A stretch of DNA of 63,674 nucleotides, counting the filler. It is 6 parts of 6 records of this genome, joined end to end, with 100 filler letters (N's around TTAATTAATTAA, not from the genome) between each part and the next. Parts side by side here need not be neighbours in the genome. Positions count along the whole stretch, not along the records: positions 1 to 9,606 come from DRR723986_16491; 5 more parts are not named here. One strand, 5' to 3'. Of this stretch, positions 1 through 9,606 are shown in pieces. A model generated the notes under the pieces. That model was not told the DNA's origin, made no database searches, and saw only the letters and a list, made by a program, of their open reading frames with translations. The stretch's first letter is position 1. Every line of letters begins with the position of its first letter. A program made the translations under genes and the position numbers.

Positions 1-181
1 ATCGCTCCGCCGTTGTTCGTGTCATCCCGACCAACATCAATACAGTCTCTCTATCCTTCCGGAATCATAAGACAAGGAAAAATACTGCTAATCACACTTC
101 TCTTTCCTAATGTTTCCTTTCCAATTTCCAACCTCGGCGTACTAATTGCTACCTTAAGGGCAACAACTTATATTTTTATAC

Positions 182-964
182 ATGAATAACAACAAATTCA
201 ACATCGCCGTCCTCATCGACGGGGATAATGCACAAGCAAAATTGATTAAGGAAATTCTCGAAGAGGTTTCCAAATACGGCAAGGCCACCATCCGTAGAAT
301 CTACGGTGACTGGACCACACCACATATGAACAGCTGGAAGGAAATGATTAACCTTCATTCTTTCAGTCCTATCCAGAAATTCTCCTACACCACCGGCAAA
401 AACTCTACGGATAGCTCCATGATCATCGATGCGATGGACATCCTGCACAGCGGCAGTGTGGATGGGTTTTGCATCGTTTCCTCGGATTCAGATTACACAG
501 GTTTGGCTAAAAGAATCCGTGAAGAAGGCATGTTTGTGATGGGAATTGGACGTAGGATTACTCCAAAAGCCTTTGTGCAGTCTTGCGAAATTTTCACCTA
601 TGCAGAAAACCTTTTGCCTGCGGAAAAGCCAAAATCAACTGCTAAAAAAGCAGAGAAATCACAAACCTCCACCACGCGCAAGAATGTGGTCGTGAACGAG
701 GAAATCAAAAAAGAACTACCTGAGAAAGAAACCGCGGAACTGGATCTAAGCATCATTGACAAGGCATTTGAAATCTCTTCGGATGAAGAAGAGGAAATCC
801 ACATTGCCAAGATCGGGGCATCGTTGAGAAAAATCGACCCCAGTTTTGACCCCAGATCCTATGGCTTCCGTAACCTCACAGAGTTATTCAAGAATTTGGA
901 CAAATATGTGGTAGTAAAAAACTTAGTGAATGGATTGAACTATCCGCTGGTGAAGTTGAAGTAG
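182..964 (+). CDS. NYN (LabA/DUF88, PIN-like) domain protein with C-terminal OST-HTH/LOTUS domain
   Basis: IAVLIDGDN, RRIYGDW, GKNSTDSSMIIDAMD and VSSDSDYT motifs; C-terminal IGASLRKIDPSFDPRSYGF is LOTUS-like. Confidence 0.9.
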   Translation: MNNNKFNIAVLIDGDNAQAKLIKEILEEVSKYGKATIRRIYGDWTTPHMNSWKEMINLHSFSPIQKFSYTTGKNSTDSSMIIDAMDILHSGSVDGFCIVSSDSDYTGLAKRIREEGMFVMGIGRRITPKAFVQSCEIFTYAENLLPAEKPKSTAKKAEKSQTSTTRKNVVVNEEIKKELPEKETAELDLSIIDKAFEISSDEEEEIHIAKIGASLRKIDPSFDPRSYGFRNLTELFKNLDKYVVVKNLVNGLNYPLVKLK

Positions 965-1135
965 AAAAGCCTGAAGACCGAAGACAGGAGACCGAAGTAT
1001 CGTCAATTTTAGTGTTAACCATTTCCTATTTAGCTTACTTTTTTTTTTGGTCAAAAAGACGCAAGCATTAAAGATTTAGCTAAGCGTTTTGAAGGAGGCT
1101 ACTTCTGTCTTCGGTCTCCCGTCTCCCAGCTTTTC
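964..1135. repeat. 36-bp imperfect inverted repeat built from NGRAGAC heptamers around a ~100-bp AT-rich core (REP/MITE-like)
   Basis: Left arm 964-999 GAAAAGCCTGAAGACCGAAGACAGGAGACCGAAGTA; reverse complement of right arm 1100-1135 is GAAAAGCTGGGAGACGGGAGACCGAAGACAGAAGTA. Confidence 0.8.
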
Positions 1136-1142
1136 CTCCGGA

Positions 1143-1198
1143 CATCAAGCTTCATACATCTAGCATCGGCCATCCGGCATCGGGCACCAAACATCCTA
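1143..1198. repeat. Degenerate tandem heptamer array, 8 x CATCNNN
   Basis: CATCAAG CTTCATA CATCTAG CATCGGC CATCCGG CATCGGG CACCAAA CATCCTA in exact 7-bp register. Confidence 0.75.
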
Positions 1199-1200
1199 CC

Positions 1201-2364
1201 TCACTCCACTTCCTTCAGTTTAAACACCTCAAAACTCATCAGATCTTCTTCATTCGCAGGATTGTCTGGATGAGAGATTGAGATAAAAAGTCCATCCTTG
1301 CTCACGAAGGAATTTGCAGGGAAGTAGGTATTATCTGGCATAAGCGTTTCACCCAGTACGTTCAAATCTTTATCTAAAATCATGACTGAGAACTTTCGAG
1401 GAAATCTTCTGAGTTGATTGATTTCCTCTATATTTTGGACTTCTATTTTTGGAAAGACAAAGCGGTAAAAAACTCCTCTATATTCATCATATAATAGGCG
1501 CTCGTAGCGATCTGAGGCGTATAAGAACTTTTGAGTTGCTATTCTATTTGTTACGTCAGAAAGAGTTTCGAAGCCGGCAGTCAAGAATTGACTTTTTGCT
1601 TGAACAGTGTCCTTAGGATTCCCTTTCAAATCAGAGACATACAACTTATGATCAGATATGAAGGAATAGACTAGTTTATCGCCCGCTCTAGCCATACTAA
1701 AATCCAATTGCTTTACACCTTCTGCAAGATAATCTTCTGGATACCTCATTCCTGAAAGTCTAGCTGCGCCTGATTTAAGATCAATTGAATAGGTTAGTTT
1801 TTTATCAATAAGATCCTCCCTCTTCACCTTAGCCAATTCAACTTCAGGCCTTGTTTTTACAAGTAATTGATTACCAGACAAGATTGGATCAGTAATAAAA
1901 TATGCATTATGAATGAAAGCTGGACTATGTCCAACAGGTGGCTCATACTTAATTTTGTCGATAACAGCTCCACTGGTATCGACAAGATGAAGGTTTCTGG
2001 ATGGAAAGTCAAAAAGAAAAATGCTATCCAAACTCTCTACATGAATGCCCTGAATGAAACCAACTCCCTCCGACCCTTCTACATCGAAGACAATTCTCTT
2101 CTCCATTTTTTTGGATTCCAAATCGTAAAGTTGAATCTCGTTATTCGTGTGATTCACATTGAATAACCACAAGTTATTTTCATCCTGAAACGGCACCAAA
2201 CCTGCGCTTACATTCGAAGTCTGACTATCTATAGGTAGGGAAACCAGCTGTCCATCAGAAACCAATTCCTGAGGAGTTGTGATGTTATCAGACTCTGATC
2301 CGCAACTCACCAATAAGCTCAAACTGCCAAAAAGAAGAAATAAAATGAAAGGATTTTTTCTCAT
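1201..2364 (-). CDS. DUF4221-family lipoprotein (probable beta-propeller)
   Basis: Lipobox LVSC; YDEYRGVFYRF, FSVMILDKDLNVLGET and FVSKDGLFIS motifs typical of the family. Confidence 0.7.
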   Translation of the reverse strand: MRKNPFILFLLFGSLSLLVSCGSESDNITTPQELVSDGQLVSLPIDSQTSNVSAGLVPFQDENNLWLFNVNHTNNEIQLYDLESKKMEKRIVFDVEGSEGVGFIQGIHVESLDSIFLFDFPSRNLHLVDTSGAVIDKIKYEPPVGHSPAFIHNAYFITDPILSGNQLLVKTRPEVELAKVKREDLIDKKLTYSIDLKSGAARLSGMRYPEDYLAEGVKQLDFSMARAGDKLVYSFISDHKLYVSDLKGNPKDTVQAKSQFLTAGFETLSDVTNRIATQKFLYASDRYERLLYDEYRGVFYRFVFPKIEVQNIEEINQLRRFPRKFSVMILDKDLNVLGETLMPDNTYFPANSFVSKDGLFISISHPDNPANEEDLMSFEVFKLKEVE

Positions 2365-2368
2365 GCAC

Positions 2369-3523
2369 CTAATTTAAAAGTTTCAGTTTATAGTAGGTTA
2401 CAAAATCATCTTCAGTCTCAAAAAAGTCAGGATGCTTTAGCGCTAAAATCTCGTCGTCTTCAGTCAGAATACTAGTGAATATCAAGCCCTGAGGAACTGA
2501 GATATCATTTTGAAGCAAGTTAAAATTAGCATCGTATACAGCCACATAGTTCTTTTTCAACTTTTCTATTTCTAAACGCCCTGAAGATTCATCCCTATCA
2601 TATTGGCTTGCCAAACTCTCTATAATTCCCTTGTTGTAAATTACAATTGTACTGTTGGTTGATCTGTAAATTTTCTGGATAGTCCCTGGGAAATTATTCT
2701 TTGTCAATTCTCTATAATCTTGTTCTTGTTCGAATGGAACGCCAACAGGCTGAACAATATCATTCACTTCGAGACTCACTTCTTTTTGGAAATTGACCTC
2801 ACCTTCCTTTTCGGTGTACACCCAGAATTTCATTTCATTCCTGAAATAAAGAATCCATTCCGTACCAGTTCTGATGACGGTTGGAAACATCCAAAAATAG
2901 AAGTTCCCATCGCTATACATTGAATTGGGAGGAAATGGCATGGTCTCCCGACTAACATTTGAAACTGTATCGATTACTTCTAAAATAGGCTTGGAATAAA
3001 CTCCCTCAAAAAGTGATTTATAACCTTCATCCCAATCCATCTCTCCACGTTCAGGGCGGATAAAGGCAATCTCATTACCCAAAGGGTAAATTGGGTCACC
3101 AGACAATCCATTGATATAGAAATAATCAAACGGCAACTTATACTGCCAAATTCTATTTCCATTCAAGTCGTATCTAAAAAAACCTTGATTCATGGAATGA
3201 AATTCTATCTTCCCATCTCTCAATCCAATCGGGTTTATAAGTCCATACAATGCGTAAGGCCCATCTGAAGGAAAGTCAAATGTTGATTTTGTCAGCCCAT
3301 CTCTATCTAAGATTATATATTCCTTATCACGATTTCCTTTAGCCAAATAACTTTTGCTTTCAGGTTCGTAATCTAATATCCTCAGGTTACCCAAGTAATC
3401 TATCCTAATCGAATCGACAATCTCCAAATGAAAATCATCAGCTTTTATCGAGCTAGTCTGCTCTCTTTGGCTACAAGAAAAATAACACAGCATGACAACT
3501 AAGGGAAGTAAAAGTCTTTTCAT
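2369..3523 (-). CDS. Bacteroidota lipoprotein, DUF4221-like/beta-propeller
   Basis: Lipobox FSC; LEIVDSIRIDYLGNL N-terminal motif; tandem with 1201-2364 and similar length. Confidence 0.55.
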   Translation of the reverse strand: MKRLLLPLVVMLCYFSCSQREQTSSIKADDFHLEIVDSIRIDYLGNLRILDYEPESKSYLAKGNRDKEYIILDRDGLTKSTFDFPSDGPYALYGLINPIGLRDGKIEFHSMNQGFFRYDLNGNRIWQYKLPFDYFYINGLSGDPIYPLGNEIAFIRPERGEMDWDEGYKSLFEGVYSKPILEVIDTVSNVSRETMPFPPNSMYSDGNFYFWMFPTVIRTGTEWILYFRNEMKFWVYTEKEGEVNFQKEVSLEVNDIVQPVGVPFEQEQDYRELTKNNFPGTIQKIYRSTNSTIVIYNKGIIESLASQYDRDESSGRLEIEKLKKNYVAVYDANFNLLQNDISVPQGLIFTSILTEDDEILALKHPDFFETEDDFVTYYKLKLLN

Positions 3524-3573
3524 CCCTGAATATAATTAGCACAAACTAACTACCTAAGTTAATTTTCCTTAAC

Positions 3574-4455
3574 TCAGTTCTTTGCTACAATATTAAATAC
3601 AAAGGCCCTGTACTTCAGCAAGGCTACAAAAGTGGCCCCGCCAAATGCGTTACCAACCAAAGCCGTGCTTTGAAAAGAGAGGTAATCCCAAAAGCTGATA
3701 TCAGGAGAACTCAGCATACCGGAAAACACTTCTACACTGCCGATAATGCTATGGTGCAACCCTGTAAAAGACATTACTGCGGTGATCACAAAAATCATTA
3801 CAATCCTACTTATCGTGTCTCTGGAAGAAGCCAGCAACCATGATAGCAAGCCCATCAACCAGCCCGCAAGAATAGCGCTGACGAATACCACCTGCATCTT
3901 CACATGCAGTACATGCTTCGCAATCTCCACAACTACGTCCCTGTCAAAAATCTCTAAATGAGGCCCGAGCCACAGGAGAATACCCGACATAATGTAACCT
4001 CCCACCAGATTACCCGAGATCACCACTCCCCACAGTTTCAGCATACTACCTATACTGCGCTTTTTGTTCAATACAGGAAGGGTAAGAAGTGCCGTCTGCT
4101 CAGTGAAAAGTATGCTTTGCCCCAATACCACCAAAATAAAACCAAGTGGATAGACCAATGCGGCAATTCTAATTATGGAAGAGTCCTCCACCTTGCCAAT
4201 GAGAAAGAAATACAAGGTGCAAAGCATCAAATAACTAAAACCAATCTCCAGCCCGGCAGTGAGCGAACTGGTAAACAAACTTTGGTAGCTTTTGTCATAG
4301 GTCTCCAGCGCATCAATAATCTGATCACGCAATATCTCACCATGCGTTTTTAATGAGTCTGCGCTTTTAGACTTTGAGTTTCGCAGTTCTTTATCAATCT
4401 CTTTCTGATGCTCTTCAGCAACTTGCTCCTCTGTTTTCTCTTTTTTCCAAGCCAT
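3574..4455 (-). CDS. Formate/nitrite transporter family protein (YfdC-like)
   Basis: YPLGFILVVLGQSILFTEQT, GNLVGG, AILAGWLMGL and HHSIIGSVE motifs; multiple TM helices. Confidence 0.85.
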   Translation of the reverse strand: MAWKKEKTEEQVAEEHQKEIDKELRNSKSKSADSLKTHGEILRDQIIDALETYDKSYQSLFTSSLTAGLEIGFSYLMLCTLYFFLIGKVEDSSIIRIAALVYPLGFILVVLGQSILFTEQTALLTLPVLNKKRSIGSMLKLWGVVISGNLVGGYIMSGILLWLGPHLEIFDRDVVVEIAKHVLHVKMQVVFVSAILAGWLMGLLSWLLASSRDTISRIVMIFVITAVMSFTGLHHSIIGSVEVFSGMLSSPDISFWDYLSFQSTALVGNAFGGATFVALLKYRAFVFNIVAKN

Positions 4456-4567
4456 TAAAATCGGTGGTTACTGGTGCTTTTTGTCTTTAATTAATCAGTA
4501 TAGACTAGCAGAAAATAAAAGCCATTTAATCAATTTTACCTTTCTAGTCATTGATCAACTAGAAAAA

Positions 4568-5590
4568 CTACTCGGAGGTTCTGCAGGCAGATAAAATATT
4601 GATTTTAAATAGTCGATCGTCTTCCATCACATCAAAAAATTCTTCCATATAATTAGTCATATTCCTAACCTCCTGATCAGACACCAAATGTGCCAACTGC
4701 TGAATATTATCCAAAAGAACCTGCTCTTTGCTCAAAAACTCATCTCTTATAGCATTCATTAGTTCCTCATCCCTACAAAACCCTCTATACAATCTTTGGC
4801 TCACATCCTTGATATCAACTAAACTACTGACCTGCGCATAAGGTGGCTTTACCATGCCGGTCATGTCAAAATCGTAGGCCAGGGGAATTGCAGTTTTCGA
4901 GTCCAGCTTCAAAATTTTCATGTTATGCTGGTATAGACTCGACCAGTCTGTGTTACCAATCATGTATTGAAATAGATCATGACGAACTGCTGCAGAATCC
5001 TCTAAAAAAGTTCCTGCTACTTTCTTATTTTCCAACACCTCAGCATCAAAACGCTCGGCAACCTTATCGTCATCTTCAATCAAAAACGCCAAAAATTGCT
5101 CAGTACGAGCCTTTTTATCGTCTTCGTTTTGAAAGTTGATCCGGATCATCCGTGTCTTAAATGTGTATTGACTCACTTCTTCATAGAGTTGGTAGCAGAG
5201 ATATTCTTTTACTATAAATGTCTCAGCATTATTATTAGTGGCACAAGGAAAAACTATTTTCAAATTCCTGCTGCCATCAAAAATATTACCTTTTCCTTCT
5301 TTCTTATTTAGCCTCATTCTGACGGGGGGATAAAAACAATTTTCCCGACGGAAGTTTCCTCTCACTCTAAGCCCCACACCCAAGGTATCTTGGGTCCCAG
5401 CTGGGGTGGTATAAACTAAAAAAGAATCCAATAGTGTGGAATCATTGGTTTCATTGCGAAGTTTTTTCACTGAAAACTTCATACTAACCTCTAAGATATC
5501 TTCTGAATCAAACAATAACTCTTCCTGCTGGGCGATTGCAGCAAAAGAAATAAAAATGAAACAAGAAATGAGGGACAAAAACTTTTTCAT
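4568..5590 (-). CDS. Secreted hypothetical protein with CotH-like atypical kinase motifs
   Basis: Signal peptide; VRGNFR, KEYLCYQLY, MIGNTDW...HN, IPLAYDFD. Confidence 0.55.
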   Translation of the reverse strand: MKKFLSLISCFIFISFAAIAQQEELLFDSEDILEVSMKFSVKKLRNETNDSTLLDSFLVYTTPAGTQDTLGVGLRVRGNFRRENCFYPPVRMRLNKKEGKGNIFDGSRNLKIVFPCATNNNAETFIVKEYLCYQLYEEVSQYTFKTRMIRINFQNEDDKKARTEQFLAFLIEDDDKVAERFDAEVLENKKVAGTFLEDSAAVRHDLFQYMIGNTDWSSLYQHNMKILKLDSKTAIPLAYDFDMTGMVKPPYAQVSSLVDIKDVSQRLYRGFCRDEELMNAIRDEFLSKEQVLLDNIQQLAHLVSDQEVRNMTNYMEEFFDVMEDDRLFKINILSACRTSE

Positions 5591-5729
5591 ACTCTTAGAT
5601 TTTAAGCTAAAAAAAACAAATTAAACTACATCTATAAGCCTTTTCAAGACTGCATAACTCTTTCTAAGGTATACATTTTCAGGACTTCATACCCACTATT
5701 TCTAATGATTAAGGTACTGTCGTGTAAGG

Positions 5730-6398
5730 TTAAAGCTTTGTCAGCATCACATTTTTAAACTCTACCTCTGCTCCTTCGGCTTGCAGGGCTATTTTACCTC
5801 GGGTAGCTGTTGCATTAAAGCCATCATTGACCAAATCACCATTTAGCCACACAGTGACCTTATCGGCATCACAGCGGATTTTGATATGATTCCACTCGCC
5901 CAGGGGCTTTTCGGAATCATCGGTGAGGTTTTTTATTCTTCTCAGTTTCTTGCCATTCACACCCCAATTCTCCTTTGGTCCACGTCTGGCTTCCATATCC
6001 TCCACTTCTATGTTTTGCTCAATACACCAAAAATCTCCTGCATTACTGTGCATCAGCTGAACTTCTATTGACTTAGGAAACATACCGTAAAGCGCTCGTG
6101 GAGTAGATGCATGAACCAGAATTCCGCAATTCCCAGGCTCTCCAGCAAAGCGATAATCAAGTTCCAATGTGTAATTTTCATACTCAGCCTCGGAGATCAG
6201 GTGTCCCTGAGGAGTACCCAAGCTCACCAAAAGACCATCTTTAATAATAAAAGGAATGCGTAAAGAACTATCCGCCTGCAGATCCGGAACATCCATATAC
6301 CAACCAGCTAGACTTTTTCCATCAAAGAGGTTGACGGTTTGACTTTGAGCGAAAAAAGCAATGGAAATAAAAAATAGGGCTAAGGTTATTCTTCTCAT
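5730..6398 (-). CDS. DUF1080 / 3-keto-disaccharide hydrolase family protein
   Basis: Signal peptide; LFDGKSLAGW, YENYTLELDY, GNCGI, IEVQL, GEWNH, GKIALQAEG. Confidence 0.9.
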   Translation of the reverse strand: MRRITLALFFISIAFFAQSQTVNLFDGKSLAGWYMDVPDLQADSSLRIPFIIKDGLLVSLGTPQGHLISEAEYENYTLELDYRFAGEPGNCGILVHASTPRALYGMFPKSIEVQLMHSNAGDFWCIEQNIEVEDMEARRGPKENWGVNGKKLRRIKNLTDDSEKPLGEWNHIKIRCDADKVTVWLNGDLVNDGFNATATRGKIALQAEGAEVEFKNVMLTKL

Positions 6399-6695
6399 GA
6401 TTTCGGGATAGTGTTAAAGATTCCTTAAGCTAAAAATAATCCACCAATTCTCATGAGATACTTTTTTTAGGCCAATTACAGAGCTGTACCTATAGCACAG
6501 CTAATTTTCGGATTAATCCTTTTTCTACCCATAGATTGTCCCCAAAGGCACTTCCGCACATTTTGATTCAAGTTTATTGACTTGACCTAACGTATTGCAG
6601 GCCTAAGACGGTCTTGTGGTCATAAGGCCTATATTCACCTACAGCAGCCTGAAGCATGCATTGAAAAAGGCCAAAGTCAGGAAACTTGCACCAAG

Positions 6696-6727
6696 GCTGT
6701 GACTGAAAACTGAGACTGCAAACTGCC
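6696..6727. repeat. Short ACTG-core array with alternating 6/7-bp spacing
   Basis: GCTGT GACTGA AAACTGA GACTGC AAACTGCC directly after the globin stop codon. Confidence 0.5.
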
Positions 6728-6729
6728 CT

Positions 6730-7125
6730 CTACTTAACTCTCGCTTCCCAAATCCTCATAAAAAGCATGTGCGCCATTCGCCTTGCATGTTCTTTGGCGT
6801 AGTTGGCCGTCTCACCTTCGAAGTACCTATCTAAAGTCTGAAACCAGAGTTCCAACCAGTTACCGAAATGTGCCTGCTCTATGCTGTTATTCACTTCGGC
6901 ATCAACTTGGCGATGAACTTTTACCGGATTGAATTGCCCTGCACCAGGTCCAGTTTGAAGCAAAATCATTTCCCAGAAATCACTTAGGTGCACTAGATGC
7001 GTATCCCAATCTTTAACTACTTCATTGAAAATCGGTCCCAAAGTGTCGTGTTGGCGTATTTGATCATAAAAACGTCTTACCAAAAAATCAACTTCCTTCC
7101 TCGATCTTATATCAATCTTATCCAT
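6730..7125 (-). CDS. Group III (2/2) truncated hemoglobin
   Basis: LVRRFYDQIR, LGPIF, DWDTHL, DFW, VH and HFGNWLELW motifs. Confidence 0.9.
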   Translation of the reverse strand: MDKIDIRSRKEVDFLVRRFYDQIRQHDTLGPIFNEVVKDWDTHLVHLSDFWEMILLQTGPGAGQFNPVKVHRQVDAEVNNSIEQAHFGNWLELWFQTLDRYFEGETANYAKEHARRMAHMLFMRIWEARVK

Positions 7126-7128
7126 CTT

Positions 7129-8370
7129 TTACTTTAAAATTGGTTCTAGCACTTCCAGTTTACCATCAATATTCTCAGGAATCGGAAGCCCCAGTATCTT
7201 ACATACTAAAGGATACACATGGATATTCTGAAAAGTTTCAATTTCCAATCCTGATTTGAAAGCCGGACCATTAGCGTAGAAGATAGCATGCATGTCTTTG
7301 TATGCTGGGCTATACCCATGTTCTCCAAAAGTATCCGTATCTAACCTATCCATATTGTCTTGCATCCGAGTAAGTGTGGTCTCCCAAGCCAAGTAAAAGT
7401 ATCGGTCAGGAATGATCAAAATATCACCTATCCTATCCTTATACATCAAATCCTGGTAGTTTTCCTTATCATCCACATCGGTGATATGAATCGGCAGCTC
7501 AGACTTTTCCAGCTGCTTTATGATTTTCTCCTTGTCCTTTTGGTCTTCCAGATACACATGGGCTAGCGCACCACTATTCACGATTCTGGCGGGAATCCCC
7601 TTGGTTAGATCAGTCAAATTAAGGAAGTGATCTGGTGTAACATCCATCATTCCATGATCAGACACCACGATGACATTGATATCCAAGTCATAGCTTTTGA
7701 TGCCCTCGAAGAGCGCTCCCAACTCATGATCTAGCTGAGTCAACCTTTCAGACAGCCTTTCATCATTGCTAGGCCCATATCTATGACCTACATCATCCAT
7801 GTCCGAAAAATACAGGGTAATCAAACTTGGTCGCTTTTCCTCTGGAAGTTCCAGCCATTTGAACACTTCAGTTACTCTGGAGAGATTGCTTACATTCCCA
7901 TCGTAATCATAATAGTAGCTCGGCCGTACCCCTTGTACGTCCGCTTCGGAACCTACAAAAAAATAACTTGCTGCGACCATATTATTTTGCTCTGCAAGTA
8001 CCCAAAGCGGTGTTCCTCCATACCAAGTTCCATCTTGCACTATTTCCTTTTTCCCTATCCCATAGGTTAAATCTTTCTTAGGATCGTAGAAAGAATTGTC
8101 TACCAAACCATGATGCTCAGGCTTCAAACCGGTGGCGATCGTATAGTGATTGGGAAAAGTCTTGCTTGGGAAAGAGGGCATCATACTCTCTGCCGCCACA
8201 CCACTGGCTATGAAGCGGCTGAGATTTTCTGGTTTAAACCGCTCCACATAATCGTATCGAAAGCCATCGAGCGAAATTAAAATGACTATGGGCTCTTTCT
8301 TTTCTTGGGAAAAAGTAAGAACTGGAAATGAAACCAGTGCAATCAGCAAGAGCGAACAGAGTCTTTTCAT
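7129..8370 (-). CDS. Nucleotide pyrophosphatase/phosphodiesterase (alkaline phosphatase superfamily), secreted
   Basis: LISLDGFR, FPSKTFPNHYTIATGL, VVSDHGM, GEHGY; ATG at 8370 gives a clean signal peptide. Confidence 0.92.
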   Translation of the reverse strand: MKRLCSLLLIALVSFPVLTFSQEKKEPIVILISLDGFRYDYVERFKPENLSRFIASGVAAESMMPSFPSKTFPNHYTIATGLKPEHHGLVDNSFYDPKKDLTYGIGKKEIVQDGTWYGGTPLWVLAEQNNMVAASYFFVGSEADVQGVRPSYYYDYDGNVSNLSRVTEVFKWLELPEEKRPSLITLYFSDMDDVGHRYGPSNDERLSERLTQLDHELGALFEGIKSYDLDINVIVVSDHGMMDVTPDHFLNLTDLTKGIPARIVNSGALAHVYLEDQKDKEKIIKQLEKSELPIHITDVDDKENYQDLMYKDRIGDILIIPDRYFYLAWETTLTRMQDNMDRLDTDTFGEHGYSPAYKDMHAIFYANGPAFKSGLEIETFQNIHVYPLVCKILGLPIPENIDGKLEVLEPILK

Positions 8371-8730
8371 GGTGTATTCTTTTTTCAAAAATACCTCCCG
8401 CAGGATTGCGATACAATCCGATTGTCACTAATAACAGTTTGATAAAATCATAAGGGTTGGCAACACTTACTTTTTGAAATAGGAATGGTCTTCCAATCGA
8501 TCCCATTTGGAGCAAAAAAGCAGAAGAACATCAATAGTTGATCATTTTTTTCAGATAAAAACTCAACTACAAACTAGCATTTTTCGGGGAAAGCAAGGTC
8601 AATTGCATCCCTTGTTACCACAAAATCGGGAACATTTTCCCATGATGATAATCCTTAAATGACTCTAATTAGCTCCTAAACGATATGGTACATGAATTGG
8701 AATGAAGTATAGCATCAAACAAACAATGAT

Positions 8731-9405
8731 ATGAAGACGACCAACAAATTTTTAATGGCGGCACTAATCACCTCTACCACACTAGGTGCTGTAAGTTGTA
8801 AATCAAGTAATGCTGTCAAAGGTGGCGCTATAGGTGGCGCTGCTGGTGGTGTACTAGGAGGCGTGATAGCAGGCAAAGACAACACTGCTGTAGGTGTACT
8901 GATAGGTTCAGCTATAGGCGGATCTGCCGGTGCTATCATCGGAAATGAAATGGATAAAGCAGCAGATGAACTTCAGCGAGATTTGGAAGGAGCTACTGTA
9001 GAGCGCGTAGGTGAAGGGATCAAGATCACCTTTGACTCTGGGCTAATGTTTGGAGTAGATAAATCGGAATTGAGTGAGGTATCTAAGCAAAACTTAAGCG
9101 AACTGGCAGAAACGCTGAAAAAGTATGAGGAAACCAATATCCTCGTAGAAGGGCATACTGATAATACCGGAGCTGATGACTATAACATGGATTTATCCCG
9201 TAGAAGGGCATATTCCGTGGAGGACTACCTGACGGAAAATGGTATTTCCAAAGGAAGAATGGAAATCACAGCCTATGGCGAGATGCAACCTACTGCTACC
9301 AATGAAACGGAAGCAGGTCGTCAGCAAAACAGACGAGTAGAAGTCGCGATCTATGCAAATAAGAAAATGCAAAAAATGGCTGAACGAGGTGAAATCGGAG
9401 AATAA
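8731..9405 (+). CDS. OmpA-family lipoprotein with glycine zipper (YiaD-like)
   Basis: Lipobox AVSC, glycine zipper, VEGHTD, LSRRRA, NRRVEV. Confidence 0.93.
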   Translation: MKTTNKFLMAALITSTTLGAVSCKSSNAVKGGAIGGAAGGVLGGVIAGKDNTAVGVLIGSAIGGSAGAIIGNEMDKAADELQRDLEGATVERVGEGIKITFDSGLMFGVDKSELSEVSKQNLSELAETLKKYEETNILVEGHTDNTGADDYNMDLSRRRAYSVEDYLTENGISKGRMEITAYGEMQPTATNETEAGRQQNRRVEVAIYANKKMQKMAERGEIGE

Positions 9406-9437
9406 TTTTCTTTGATTGATCCCTATTTATAAATCCG

Positions 9438-9463
9438 AAAGGCGGCCTCTGGTCGCCTTTTTT
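9438..9463 (+). terminator. Intrinsic terminator
   Basis: AAAGGCGGCC-TCT-GGTCGCCTTT followed by a T run. Confidence 0.7.
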
Positions 9464-9606
9464 AATTTTTATGATTATTCGCTTTTGTGCCAGTATTCAA
9501 AAGCAAAAAAGTATAGGTTAAACTTAGGTATTGAGGCCTCTTCAGCTTGTCCTGCCAGTGCGGGAGTCGTTGGTCATCCGGCCAGATAAGCAAAGAATCT
9601 AAGGTG

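Noticed and set aside
1-32. GTCATCCCGAC REP-like half-site at the contig start (similarly GGGAGAGGG at 17038-17070)
   Set aside because: Partner arm is cut off by the contig end; cannot be confirmed
9462-9605. Possible 3' fragment of a minus-strand CDS (..WPDDQRLPHWQDKLKRPQY..)
   Set aside because: Short, truncated and unrecognised
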